Assembly: GCA_026770705.1 (NCBI GenBank)
Contig: JANJGN010000047.1
Location: 3,534,001 to 3,598,000, forward strand
Source of the DNA: Isurus oxyrinchus
Lineage: Eukaryota
Reading direction: 5' to 3'
DNA length: 64,000 nt
Within the stretch, counting starts at the first letter, position 1. Each line of letters begins with the position of its first letter. Shown piece by piece: positions 26,173-39,189 of this stretch. The translations under genes and the position numbers were made by a program. Under the pieces are notes generated by a model. It ran no database searches. It was not told the origin of the DNA and saw only the letters and a list, made by a program, of their open reading frames with translations.

Positions 26173-28384
26173 TGGGTAATTTACCTCTTAGAGACCCCGG
26201 TCCGCCAATGTGGAAATTGACCAGATCAGTTCCAGAAACTTCGTCAATTAAAATTAATGAGGGGAAAGTAGTCCCAGGGTGAATCTGTGCTGCGTATGCC
26301 CCCTGGAATGTTGTAAAGACCACCCCTCCTGTACAGTGTTGAATTCCTGGGGCTTCAAGTTATTCTTTTGCAATCTTGTCTCATCCATTCCAGAATATAA
26401 ACGAGCGATAGAGTGTAATTACTCCTTTTAAATTTCCTATCTTCTGTGGTGAAACCTCCTGATGACGCTGCATTATTAATACTAGCGATGATATTGCTCT
26501 GACATTACGAATGCTGGCGATATCCATATACTAATGTTGTTGCTGTCAGTCAACATTGCCAGTCATTATCCAATCTAACATGAATAGAGGGAAACATATT
26601 GGGAAATTTTCCGTGCTGATTTTAATCTATTATTATCAATGCGAACGCCATTCATAAGGATGCACTGCTCCAACATTATTAGTTAGGAAATACAGACATA
26701 AAATACTGGGAATACTCAGCAGATCCTGTAGAATCAGTGGAGGGTGAATCAGAGTTAATGTTTCAGGTAATGTTCAGCATTAACGTTTATAATTTCAGAT
26801 TTCCAGCATCGCCGTATCTTCTTGTTGGATTATTGCTTTTGATTCTTTTCCAGAATTTTCACAGTGTCTCTATTCTAGTGCTGATGATGGTGATACTGGC
26901 ATAAAATCACATAGGTTCTGTCTCCTGCTCAAATCAATACTGGTGATCTCCTTTCAATAACATGACTGTTGGTGACGTCACTGCATCTTTACGTATGGTG
27001 ATTTTAACTTCACTGAGGAAGCACCCACACCAGCATTAATCATTGTGTCCGTGCAGAGAATCATTCTAATATTTCGAACTGTAACCCGACACTAACGTTA
27101 CTGTTGAGGCCTGAACACTAAGCTATTCGTGATGACATGACTCAAATATTGTTGGAGGTGATTCAGTGCCTCCAGGTTTCTTTTTTCATGTTTTGTTTTA
27201 GTTCCTTCCGAAGTCTGGCCACTTGATTATAAGGTCATGTTCCGCATGGCCGGAATAAATGCAGATATAATTTAATAAGCAAATTGGTTAAAATGGGAAA
27301 GCCCCTTTTGAATGAAAGTGATGCTGCTTGCAATCCTCTATTTCACATTTGCAACATTGTTGATGCTTTGGCTAAGTATCATGACACACTGATGCCCATG
27401 TCCTGGGCATAGCTAAAAGAGGAATAAGGAAAATTCTCAGATGCGTTTTGCTTGAAACTGGGCTTGCAGGCATTACATGTAGGTTTTAAGATACTCTGTT
27501 AGTTACATGGATTTGTACTCAGATTGTAGCAGAAGATTCAAGACAGTTGTCTAAACTTCGAATGTAATAAGTTGATCCTCGGATATGAAAGCCTGGCAGG
27601 CGAGACCTTAAAATGTTTTTTTTTTTGTACACTTAGAGAGGCAATTAGTGATCCCTGTACCTGGAGACATAAATCCTTTTGCTTTTTGCCGGCCCCTTTT
27701 TTTTTTATCACCGCATAAAAAATACACCCATTGCTCAAATAGTGCCTGAAATATGTTCTCATTGTGTACTCGCCATACCCGTAGTGACTGGTTCTGCATC
27801 AACTGCTCATTGTGTTCCCATTCTGCCTCCTGTGTTATGAATACACAGACCGTTCAAGAGATAGTTCCTTTCGACCCATTCTATCGAATTGTCTGGTAGT
27901 TTTACTAAAGTGAATTGCTGAATGAATACTGAAAACGATAATAGAATATAAATTTGAGTTTCTGCCATCAAAGAGTTGTTGACCTGTTGCATCTTTAAAG
28001 TAGCGATTGTGGCATCTCGTCATTGTGTTACTGCAGGTTCTGAATGCCCTTTAAAATTAACACTGTTTTGTTTGAAAATTGATTTTGTGCTCGTTCTGAA
28101 TTAATATGTATGTGTGACTGTTTTATGTCTCAAGGTATTTGTGTGTATCTGCGTTGTGTGTAAATATATTTAGGAGTGATTGCGAAAAGAAAAGAAATAG
28201 GCAGATAAAAACCTTTTCGCATCAAACCGGATTCAGACTAAATGAGGAATATGCAGATCTGTGTAACTAGCAGAATGATGAAACATTTTATATTCAGCAC
28301 AAGAATTCAAAATCACACCAGGGAAATACACTTTCTCAACGTTGTTAAGAGCGGAGATCAATGTGCTTTTCAGTGCCATGTTAA

Positions 28385-28467
28385 GTAGTCGTGGCCGCTT
28401 GGTTAAAGCGGTGGATTAGAAATCCATTGGGGTTTCCCCACGCAGCTTCGTAATCCATCCCACCACG
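28385..28467 (+). pseudogene. tRNA-Ser(AGA) pseudogene
   Basis: gtagtcgtggccgcttggttaaagcggtggattagaaatccattggggtttccccacgcagcttcgtaatcc aligns to vertebrate tRNA-Ser-AGA; T-arm and acceptor stem damaged. Confidence 0.85.
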
Positions 28468-28799
28468 CATCCTGATCAGTCTTAAAATTGACCGGATTCC
28501 TTGGGCACACATCATGCATATATCATCCAATCTCCCACGCCTTTCAGTAACAGAGGTCGTTTTCCTCATTATCTGCGTGTATTCAGGAAATTTCTGTCTT
28601 GAATGTACCTAAATTAGTGACACCATTCATTTTTCCGATGTCACTTTAAGTATAATTATATGCGCCCTACTGTGTGCGCGGGCATGCTTGTGTTTGTACT
28701 TGTACCTGTGTGTGTTGTTTTGGTTTATTGCTCTACTGTTATTCTTTGCTTATTATTTTTTTTGAGATGCTCTTCTTAAACAAAAACATTTCCAATTTG

Positions 28800-29180
28800 C
28801 TTCCAAAGTAATTGACGAAATCACGCCCTAACACCTTTTCAGATAGTGCGTTCCAGACCTCACCAACTCTGGTTGGAAATGTCTCTGCTCCCGTCCTCTG
28901 TATGTCTTTTGTCAATTACTTTGAATCCAGGGCCCTGCGTTATCGGCTTACACGCAGAACGACTATTTTATTCCTGTTTATCCTCTTAAACCTCGCATGA
29001 TCTGGAAAGCCACTATTTGCTGATTTTCTAATCATCTATGTCCGACGTACAACAGCCCGAACTTCCACAATAACTCCTGATAACTGAGAGAGCCTCGCAG
29101 TAAGCGTCCTTTGCCCCCTTTCTAATGTGATTACTTAAGTGTGGTGACCACGATTAATCACAAGACTCCTTCAGAATGTC
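28800..29180 (-). mobile_element. Degenerate CR1 3' fragment
   Basis: Reversed CR1 3' motifs (acaccttttcagatagtgcgttccagac). Confidence 0.55.
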
Positions 29181-29889
29181 GAACAGCAGGTGTTAAAGTC
29201 CAGGATTATCCAGGTCACCTGCGGTCTCGGGGAGGTGCCTTTCCAATTCTGTGAACAGGGAAAACTTTGGACAGCGTGTTTCGCATTCCATAACCAAATA
29301 AGTCACATGATGACGTTCCCAGAATTGATATTCACAGAAAAGTTCAACAGGCCGCAGCATTAATTAATTACTTTGAACGTAACAATTAATCTATTTCTAA
29401 TAACTTGAATGTAGGTGCATGGTATTTCTGCTTTATTTTCTCGTTTTAATTAAAAAGGGTGTGTCCAACAGGTTGATGTGCCATATCTAATGTGTGGTTT
29501 AAGAGAGTTAGCATGCTTTCTGCTTTTATGGGCTATATTGCTTCTCATTTTCAGCCCACACTGCAGGCTGACAGGCATTGTGAAAAAGAGAGCCAAATGT
29601 ATAAATCTCCCCCTGGCAGCACAGAGCCTCTCAATCAGCAAGTTCTCGGCTGTGCCTCTTCGCAGTGAACATGGAAGCTCCTCTCTTACTGCACCAGGCT
29701 GCAGATTCAGAGGAACGCAGAGCAGGTTGTGCCCATAGACAGTCAGTGTACAATCCACCAAACTCGGAATTCCTTAGGAACCGTTTGAAGTATAGTCCAC
29801 AATTCTGGGGGACAGTTAAATCTCGATAGAATATTGAGATGTCGTTCAACAGAAATCACGGCACAACTAAAATCAAAAGCAGGAGAAAT

Positions 29890-30490
29890 CAACACTGACT
29901 GCTATTAGCTGTTGGAGAGATGATGATACACAACCTTGCGGGGAGTTTTTGGGGAAGCATTGTCACCAGAGAAGATCTAGGCACCGTAGGAATCAAGCAT
30001 GACTCAGCAGAGCTGGATATCGAATCCAACTGGAGGAACTTTTCAATAGCATTCACTCACTCGGTATAATCAAATCTCCAGGTGTTGGTGCTTTCTCGCC
30101 AGTACACAACAAGCACAGGAAATTAAACATCCCTGCAACAGCTGCATGAAATTCTTTGCTTCTGCTGGTGGGAGGAGGAAGTGCCCAAGAAAATGCACAA
30201 TACATGTATTGTGAAACTGTGCAAGAATATAGGCGACCACACTGATTGCAAAAACTGTCAAGGTATCGGCCTGCGGAACGTCATGTGCAAGGTATTTGCC
30301 CAAGTTTCCCTTGTCAGGCTGCAGATCTTGGCTGAACCCAAGTGTGGGTTGAGCACTGGAAGTTCTACAATTGGCATGCCCTTCTCAGTCTGGCATCTGC
30401 AAACAAAATACCGTGAGCAAAGGAGACCACTGTACATTGTCTTCAACCATCTCATCAAGATATTTGACCAGGTGAACAGAAGTACATCTT
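29890..30490 (+). mobile_element. RTE-clade LINE fragment (endonuclease remnant and RT N-terminus)
   Basis: KNIGDHTDCKNCQGIGL..KVFA..RLQILAE..CG..S..QTKYREQRRPLYIVF..L.K.FD.V.R matches the RTE RT consensus pattern. Confidence 0.85.
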
Positions 30491-31042
30491 TTGTTTCTTT
30501 ACAATAATCATTACACTTCTCTTTGCTTTCCTACCAGGAAGCTGCCCGCTAAACTAAAAGGCCTTCGTTTTTGTGTTTCCCAACTGTTATGTTTATAACT
30601 TTCTTCATTATAATGAGAAATCATCGCCTCAAACATTCACTCTGTTTGGATCGAGAGAGGTTCGCTGACATTATGAGAAACTCCGCCATTTTCAGTTCAT
30701 TCCATATTTTCAGCAGCCACACTATTTGTTTTCCTAACTGACAGGATGGTGGAATCATAATCAAAATGGACTAAAAGAAAACTAATTTAGATGGTAATGG
30801 GGAGGGGGGAGTAGAATTGTGCAAAGAATCTGATAACACTTTTCAAGATCCTGCACAGACTGGAGGGGCCGACTAGCCTCCTTCTGAACGGTGGGATTCT
30901 ATGATAGCACGAGTTTCATTTCTATATAGATTGGGAGATTAGAAACATCTCAAGACGTAAAGCTGATGAATGAATGTTTCCGGATGATTGCCTGATGGTT
31001 TGCAGAAACCATATATTGCAAGAAACAAGGCTGCATTTGGCA

Positions 31043-31126
31043 GCCGTGGAGGCCAAAGGGGTAAATTGTTTATTATGAACTTTGTACATGGATTTCAGTG
31101 CGAACGTTCAAACACTGGTTGTAGCC
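31043..31126 (+). pseudogene. Very degenerate tRNA-Ser-like relic (inverted paralog of 53554-53637)
   Basis: Lies in a block homologous to the reverse complement of 53400-53780; shares gaacgttcaaacactg. Confidence 0.5.
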
Positions 31127-31854
31127 TCCAGATTTGGAATGATTATCATCTTCCATCAGCTTCTTGAGTTGAAAATGGATTAAATTTAATAATTTGACAC
31201 AACATTTAGAAACACAAATAATATATCAGAGAGCAACTGTTTAAAGTTGAATTGTTAGAAAGTGAACAAAATGTAAAAATGAGAGAGCAGCAAACACCGA
31301 AAACTGCTTGAAATGCATTTTTCCAAATAACCTGGAAACATTTTGGAGGAAAATCAGGATCTTTCGCTAATGAACGTTAATCTGGTTTGGTTTCATTCAG
31401 TTGGGCTAGTTTTATCTGCAGTATAAACGAGAGGCCTCGAACCAGCAATTATCAGACACTATCACCATTTACACCAATGGCTAACGCGTGATCCAACCGG
31501 CATGGAACAACCACAGCTTGGTTTAGGCAGAAGTTAATAACGAGAAGTAAACAACATGTTTGTGTTTATATTCTATTTTCTGGGCACTGCACTAATTAGC
31601 AGATGCTTGGCAGTAAGGGACATGAACTCCAGTCCCTCAATGTTTCTCCTCACAAATATTTCAGCTTTTTCCCCTTTGCATCTCTTTTTGTCCCTTGAAC
31701 TCCTTCCAAGGTCCCCTCAATTGTGCACATTAAACGAAAGCCTGGTCCTCACAATTAATACAACGACTGCCCATTTAACCACGCCCTCGCTTATGATTGA
31801 AATAGCAATTTGAACCAAGTTTGAATAGTTAAGGGGAACATATAGACAAACAAA

Positions 31855-33550
31855 AACATGGTATGAAAGGACTTATGATCAGGAGTAGGTGCTTCAGCCC
31901 TTCGAGCTTGCTCTGCTATTCGAGAATATCATGGCTAACCTGATTGTGGTCTCAACACGACTGGGCTTTGTGTCCTTCATAAGCCTTCACCAGTAAAAAT
32001 CTGTCTTAGTTAGCCTTGAATAAATTCAATGACCCAATCCCTAATACTTTTGGGGGAGGACGTTCGTTGGGGAAGAGGTGGCGGTGCGCGCTGAGTGTTT
32101 GGGAGTAGTGAGGTGGGGGTGAGTTCCGGGAAGTGGGGTGCAGAATTACACAGATGAATGCCACTCGAGGAGAAAACAAAATCTTCATCACATCTTAAAA
32201 TGGAGACCTCTCCATTCTCAACTGTGTCCCTTAATTCTCATCTCCACCCAATTAAGTCATCTCAGGATCGGGTTTGATTCAATAAGATCACCTCGCTTTC
32301 TTCTGAACTCCAATGAGAGCAGGCCCAAACTGTCTTCATAACAGAAACCCGGCATCATTGGAATGAATTGAGTGAATTTTCTCTGAAATGCTTCATATTC
32401 ATTTGTTATAGCATGGCATGTGATATGTGCCAGTTGGACGTAATCCACAGAAGAAACTTGGCCACTGCATTCCAACGGCCTTGCAATTTGTATTTATGAT
32501 GTGAAGGCTTATGCACTGAACTCAGAGGAATTGATTCCACTAACACTTTTAGACATTTTAAAATCAAGTTAATGCATTGAATAACAAAAGGAAAAATTAT
32601 TAAAATATAAACACACACAGGATTAATGTTGCATGGTTATTTAGCGTTAGCAGTTCCCAGAATTCTTAACTAAGCAAGCTGCCAACTCCACTTCCCCTAT
32701 AAGGCAACAGTCCAAAATAGATTAAAACAGCAAAATCAAACCGAACACGGTTGCAACAACAACAACTCGATAGTGGATTTCCAAAAGCTTTTCACCCAAC
32801 TTTTCTTTTACTGGACACAGCAGACTTCTGCTAAAGCTGCTGGATGCTTTTACCCAAGGACTACCTTTCAATCTCACACGGCCACACCCCATATATAGTC
32901 TTTCATGCCTCTTTATATGTGTTTTTCTCTCTCTTTAATCTGTAAATTCCATTGCTCTTTCGAAATTTACTTTTACCATAATATAAAAATAAAATTCTTT
33001 CACGTAGTCAATATTGCCTCTATCGTTTCGGAAAAATAAAAAAAACAAAGGTAATATCCTTGCCCTCTTTATTTATATACACCCTAGCATCCCTTTGAAA
33101 CCCAACCACCTTTCCACTTCGTCAAAAATGCAATTTTCCTTCCCACTCTACACGCTGCCCTCGTCCAAAATTCCACCAGCATTTCTGCCTATTTTTACAC
33201 CGAAATTATTTTGATAATTTCATCCTTGCAGCCTACCTGGTCGGAATTCAATTAATGCAGTCACACACAGAACCATACACAAACATATAAGCTTAAGATA
33301 ACCTGCAAAATATTATTGTTTCATGATAAATTAATGCATTTTCATTTCAAATACGGAAGCCAGAACTATACACAGAATTCCAGACCTGCTCTGCCCAAAC
33401 TCCTGTACAGCTGCAGTAAAACTTCACTACTTTTATATTCAAATCTCCCTCAATAAATGCCAACATCCTCTTTCCCTTCGTTATCACTTGCTGATCATCA
33501 AACAAACTTCTTTAATGATTCATGTATTTAGACACCCAGATTCCCCTGTG
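31855..33550 (-). mobile_element. CR1 3' fragment interrupted by an LTR-like insertion (~32590-33330)
   Basis: MMPGFCYEDSLGLLSLEFRRKRGDLIE (CR1 ORF2 end) left of the insert; CR1 resumes at ~33340 (ccagaactatacacag). Confidence 0.65.
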
Positions 33551-33719
33551 CAAATATGGTCAACTGAATGAAACTATGTCCGTTCGCTTGGAACCTGGGA
33601 ATAAGGGCCACAGTTTTTTAAAAGAAAGACAGGTTTCAACATTGAAATCAGGAAACCTTCCCACACATCAAGGATGCCGGACGCTCAGAGGTCCCTTCGG
33701 TACATGGCAATTGGAAGTT

Positions 33720-34150
33720 TCATTTTAAACCTGTGATCGATAGCGTTCTATTACACAAATCTGTGGATGCACGACAATGGCTGTATTTTATAACCCGCGT
33801 CTTTACTTTCATTCCCCTCCATGAATTCGCTCTTAATTTCTCTGTGACCTCCTGCAGTCTAACAAATCTTCTAGATTCATGCCCTTCTGCCATCTTGAAC
33901 ATTCCCAATTTTGTTCCCACAGCATTGACAGTCGTGCTTTCAGCTGACTTATTCTAAAGTTCTGGTGCCCTTCCCTATAATTTTCCAGTTCTCTAGCTCC
34001 CTCTCACCTTTAAACGCTTCTTAAAATCTATGCATGAACCAAAATTTTGTCATCTGACCTAATATCTCCTCCTGTGGGACAACAACAACTTTGCGTTAAT
34101 TTTAATCAAAAGACCTCTTGTCAACTACCTTGAGAAATTTTGTTAGATGG
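33720..34150 (+). mobile_element. L2-type LINE 3' end
   Basis: Same 3' sequence family as 40140-40430 (ctttcagctg, cttaaaatcta). Confidence 0.55.
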
Positions 34151-34164
34151 GCTTCATGCAGCCT

Positions 34165-34236
34165 GTCATGTTGACGCAGTGGTGAGCATATCCAACTTCG
34201 GAACACTTAATCCCCGTCCGATTCCGGCCTTTCGCA
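34165..34236 (+). pseudogene. tRNA-Gly(TCC)-derived pseudogene
   Basis: AGTGGTGAGCATA D-arm, CTTC anticodon loop, TCCGATTCCGGCC..CGCA end; 72 nt; stems broken. Confidence 0.6.
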
Positions 34237-34599
34237 ATATGCTGAATGTTATCCTCTGAAATCAGCAGTTTGAGCTGAATTTGACCATTTTCGGTCCGAT
34301 TCTGCTCCGAGAACGACGCGTGTCGAAATTAAATAAAGAGATTTATAGCCTGTAGGTACCTTCCATTTAAAATGTCACTCAGTTTTGTTCCTTATTGCTG
34401 ATAATGACGTGTTCCCGTCAACTGCAGTGTGGAGCAGTGATAGAATTATTCGGAATCAGTGACATGCACTGATTCTCTGAATCTGTTCCCTCTGTTGCTT
34501 CAAGTTTGTTAATTGAGTATGGATTAATGCGCCCGGATTGTTTCATTGTTCAAAAAGCTATTCACCGCTTAATCTGGGCACCTGTCATACTAACATAGG

Positions 34600-35365
34600 G
34601 TGAAAGAATCATTTTGATTCTGTAAATATCAGACACTGGTAATATTTGTGAGCCTGGGATTCATTCTGTAACTGTCACTCTCTGGTACTGTTGTGAGAGT
34701 GGAATTGATTTGATTCAGTCACTACTACATCTTGTGAGTTTCGGATTTATTCTGTAAATATAAGCCTGTGGCACTATCCCTGGGTGTTGGATTGAGTCTG
34801 TAAATGTTACTATCTGCTGCTCCCTATGAGTGTGGAATTGATTCTACACATATCAGTCGCTGGTACTATTTTTCATGTAGGATTGAATCGTTGAATCTGT
34901 AAATATCAGTCTCTTGCACTCTCTGTGAGTGTGGGATTGATTTGGTAAACATCGGCCTCTGGTAGTATCTGTGAATGTGAGATTGACAATGTAAATATCA
35001 GTCTCTGGTACTGTCTGTGAGTGTATGATTGATTCTTTAAATATCAGTCTCTGGTATTGCCTGTGAATGTAGAATTAATTTTCTAAATATCAGTCACTTG
35101 TCCAGTTTGTGAGTGTCGTGTTTACTCTGTAAATATAAGTCTCTGGTATGAACTGTTTGTGTGGCACTGATTCTACAAATATCAGCCTCTTATACGACCT
35201 GTGAATGTGGGTTTGATTATGTAACTATCAGTCCCTGGAACTATCTGTGAGTGTGGGATTGATTCTGTAAATAAAATTCTCTGGTACTAGCTGTGAAGGT
35301 GCAATTGATTCTGTTTATGACAGTCTTTGGTATTATCTGAGAGTGTGGGACTTATTATGTTAATA
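34600..35365 (+). repeat. Degenerate 46-bp minisatellite (~16 copies)
   Basis: Consensus ctgtgagtgtgggattgattctgtaaatatcagtctctggtactat; ctgtga recurs at 34923, 34969, 35015, 35061. Confidence 0.9.
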
Positions 35366-35757
35366 AGACAAGGCAAGCAAAAGAGCCAACTGCAGGTTTG
35401 CAGACATTCTGCGAGTTGTATTGATTCTATGATTTATCAACAAAATCACCACATTTAAACAGTGCAGCCACATTCCAGATTACAGACGGGGAGACCGGAT
35501 AGAGCATTCTGAAGTTAAAAAATTCAGTTACTGAATGATCAGTTAGATTGAATGTCCTCTCTGAAACAATATGAGAACAACAGCTGGGAGTCATGATGTT
35601 TGAAGGGACGTTCCTGTTGATGTTTAACACAGTTTCAAATTAAGATTTGCTATTTAATGCATTCAGGTTTCTCCAGCATATGAGGTCGGGCGTCGCCACA
35701 TTAAACCTCATCGCTGCTTCTAATCCCTCAACAAGAAATTAACACAGGTGTTGAAAT

Positions 35758-35845
35758 CTATTTGTTCAAAATTTGAGAGAAAAAAAAAACGTTGAACAAT
35801 TTTGCAAACTGAATCCAAACGTGGAGATCCTGGAGGATATAAATT
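35758..35845 (+). promoter_or_regulatory. Proximal promoter of GPCR copy C (partial match to the copy A/B footprint)
   Basis: TATTTGTT 35759, TTTTGCAA 35800, palindromic TCCTGGAGGA 35828-35837, TATAAA 35838-35843. Confidence 0.4.
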
Positions 35846-35930
35846 TAATGCACTGGGGATGTATTACCTGAGGTTTTAACTCAGAGGCATTGCATGCTGC
35901 GCCAAGGAACAGAATCACTTCACACAGAAA

Positions 35931-35997
35931 ATGCATCAACCTATTCAATGGGCCTAGAACACATTCTATATGATCCTTGCCATAGTTGGTGTTTCTG
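35931..35997 (+). pseudogene. GPCR copy C, exon 1 with in-frame stop
   Basis: MHQPIQWA*NTFYMILAIVGVS + G|GTAAGT; TAG at 35955-35957; second in-frame ATG at 35970. Confidence 0.85.
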
Positions 35998-36839
35998 GTA
36001 AGTTTATAAAACCAAAGGTGTTGAGTGAATTTGGACGTGACCTGGTTTTTGCTATTGTTCTGCGAGTGGTCATGTTACGTTGGGTCGAATTGTTACAGTA
36101 ATACAGGCGCTCATTCTTTTCCTCATATTCACTCACCAGATGTGTGCTTCGTTGCCAATAACAACATTTAATGCCTATTCATAGTTGCCCTTCAGAAGCT
36201 GGTAGCGAACTGCCTTTCTGAAACTCTGCAGTCCGTGTGGTATAGGTACACACACGGTGCAATGAGAATTGAGTTCCTAATTAAATAATTGCAGTAATTA
36301 AATTTCCTGAACTACCTGTGCAGCTATGTTTTGTTTCATAATCTGTTTCTAGCTCACAGGCACTTTGTATGATAAAGTGATTGCATTCAACACAAGGTTG
36401 TGTCCTGTTGAATCAAACGTGAAAATGAGAAACTCCTGAGATGAACGTGTAACCGGAGGTATGTGTCAATATCATATTGTACTGTATGTACTGACTAACT
36501 GGAGCGGAACACGAGACTCCAGAAAGCGTGTATTGCTGGGACTATTTATTTCTTTAAAATTGAACTGCGTGGGTTATTAACTGAAGTGCAGCACACGAAG
36601 GCAGTGAGCATATATTGCCTGGAGTATCTGCCTTTTTAAAGTTGTGTTTCATGTGGGACACCAGCATGCATTACTCCGAGTAAAGGTAATGACAGCAATT
36701 CTGTTACTGATTAATCTTCTTCCAACACATGGTCCAGATAATCTATGGGTCACGAGTGCAGTTCTTTAATATATAATCTGTTTCAATATTATGGAAAATA
36801 ACCTGATATCTATGATTAGTTAATACTCTAGTTACACAT

Positions 36840-37310
36840 TTAGAAACACAGAAATTCATCCCAATTGGGTAACGTCAGTCTTCATGCTCAGCACAAGGCT
36901 CTTGAAATTCCATCTCATCTAACCTCCATCCCTGCCTCAAACATGTAAAACCTGGCTACTTCGCAAATAATTTTACATCAAGCACTCTATGTTGTAACAA
37001 ATTCACATGCTCAACATTTTCGGAGGAAAGCATTTTGTCTTGAATATTTTAGTGGATTTATATGGATTGTCTCACCTCTGAGTTTTGGTAATATTGTGCA
37101 ACTGCCCCAAAGAGTCGATCTTTCTTTTGTAATGTGAATACAAGAACCATACACAGTACGCTAAGTGTGTTTCACCAAGATTTTATAAAATATAGCATTG
37201 GCTCTCTTATTTTAGAGATATTCTAGTAGGGATGAACACCTGTGCATTGAACCCATTTCCATCATCTCATTAAACTTCTTTCTCAATTTAAACCTTTCAT
37301 GCATCAATGG
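36840..37310 (-). mobile_element. Degenerate CR1 3' fragment in the copy C intron
   Basis: tagaaacacagaaatt tail and reversed CR1 motifs (agaaccatacacagtac). Confidence 0.55.
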
Positions 37311-37517
37311 TCTCGGTACCACAGTCGCAGGGAGTGGCCCAAGGTGAATGCGGTTCTCTGCTCTGAGGGAGTGCTAAGAGTCTGGGAAGAAGCCTGGAAA
37401 TGTACTGGTTGGAGATGAGTAGAGGTCATGATTGAGGTTGGCCAATCTCTGATGCGATCCCAACCCACAAGCTTTTGATGCTAAATTCAATTCTTCATCC
37501 TTAGAAAAAGAGGATAT

Positions 37518-38456
37518 ATGTCAGCCAATTACGGTGTATCTTCCCTCCTTTCTCTTACTGTTAACTTGGTGGTAATCGTGATCCTGTCCCGTGGAAGTTG
37601 TGGCCTCTCCACCAGCACCACTTGCTACTTGATGGCAATGGCATCGGCGGATCTCCTGGTCCTTATTAATGAGGACATACTCAACCAAATCAGTGATTAT
37701 GTTTTCTCATTAAATTTCATGGACATCACCCCTCTGTGTAGTGTTCGTTATGTCCTTCTCCGTGCAGCTACAGACTGTTCTGTCTGGTTCACCGTTGCCT
37801 TCACTTTTGAGCGATTTGTCACCATTTGCTGCTCGAAGTTGAAATCTAAATATTGCAGCAAGAAAACTGCGTCTATTGTCCCAGCCACAACCGGCATTTT
37901 ACTCTGTTTAAAAAACATTCCCATCTACTTTAGATTTAAACCGAGGAGGATTGTCCACAATGTACCATGGTTGTGCTCTAATAAGCCAAGTTATTTTACT
38001 GACACTCCATGGATTGGATTCAGAAAGTTTGAAAAGATTTTAAACTCATTGATACCATTTGGTGTAATTCTGTTGCTCAACGCTCTGACGGTCAGACACG
38101 TTTTAGTGTCCAGTCGAGTCCGTAAAGGCCTGAGGGGTCAGAGTAAGGGAGAGAATCACAGTGATCCGGAGATGGAGAGCAGAAGGAGGTCTGTGATATT
38201 ACTCTTCACTATATCGGGCAGCTTCATACTCCTGTGGTTGGTGCATATTTTATATTTCTTTCATGCTGCAATTGTCTTAGATAATTATTCGTTTTCTATC
38301 TTTGAAAACATTGCCTATATTCTACGGAATTTAAGTTGCTGCACAAACACATTTATTTATGTGGCGACTCAGTCCAAGTTCAGAGAGCAGTTGAAGGGTG
38401 CTGTGAAATATCCGGTTATATCAATAATTAAATTAATTAATAAGCGCAAAACCTGA
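37518..38456 (+). CDS. GPR139/GPR142-like orphan class-A GPCR copy C; intact exon-2 frame (exon proper 37561-38456), functionality doubtful
   Basis: 312-aa ORF with seven-TM pattern: CGLS, MASADLL, CSVWFTVAFTFERF, NALTVRH, DPEMESRRRSVILLF, SCCTNTFIY; expected acceptor AG at 37559-37560 reads TG. Confidence 0.8.
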   Translation: MSANYGVSSLLSLTVNLVVIVILSRGSCGLSTSTTCYLMAMASADLLVLINEDILNQISDYVFSLNFMDITPLCSVRYVLLRAATDCSVWFTVAFTFERFVTICCSKLKSKYCSKKTASIVPATTGILLCLKNIPIYFRFKPRRIVHNVPWLCSNKPSYFTDTPWIGFRKFEKILNSLIPFGVILLLNALTVRHVLVSSRVRKGLRGQSKGENHSDPEMESRRRSVILLFTISGSFILLWLVHILYFFHAAIVLDNYSFSIFENIAYILRNLSCCTNTFIYVATQSKFREQLKGAVKYPVISIIKLINKRKT

Positions 38457-39189
38457 GAGCAGCTTTAAGATGCAGGGTTATGGGGCAAGAGGCGACCGCC
38501 AGTGGACCGAAAGGAAAGAGCCTGGAGGATTAACAGACATCAGAGAGCTGTTAATGACGGCCAAAGGGGGCTAGAGAGAAGGAGGATGAGAAGAAAGTTA
38601 GCAGCAGGTACCGGTTACGTCGAACAGCAATGAGCCAGGATAAAGGGCAGATATTCAGATCACCAGAATAAATGAACAGCAGCAAACAGACATAATAAGG
38701 AGCAGCAGGACAAACGCACGTGAAATTTTCGGAGAAGCTGCAGTGACTCTGCAGACGGAGTCAAACATGCCAGTGGTCAGCGGGACAATGGCGATAGGTG
38801 GCATGTGGTGTCCAGGAGTAAATTAACAGCAGGGGTCAGGCAGGGAAGAGAGCAGTGAACAAAGGGCAAAAGCGGACATTCAGAGGAGCGCACTTTGAGG
38901 AGCCAGGGGGGACAGTCAGAACGTTTCCCCAAGGACAGGAAGTAGAACAGCAGACACTGTGTCTTCTAAACCTCCTCTGCTACGATCCCCAACTCCTTAC
39001 AATTTCTGAAAGAGAAAACAAAACGATTTCTTGCAAAAGAAAAATGCTGAACATTTCTGAAATCTGCTTTGGCCAATGTATTGTTTATTTAATTATCTAT
39101 CCACCTATCTGTCTATCTTTCCATCTATCTATCTATCTGCCCATCTGTCCCTCTGTCCTTCCTCCTGTCCGCCCGCCACCTGGAACTAG

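Noticed and set aside
28385-28467. Functional tRNA-Ser gene
   Set aside because: B box (gcttcgtaatcc) and acceptor stem are disrupted; kept only as a pseudogene
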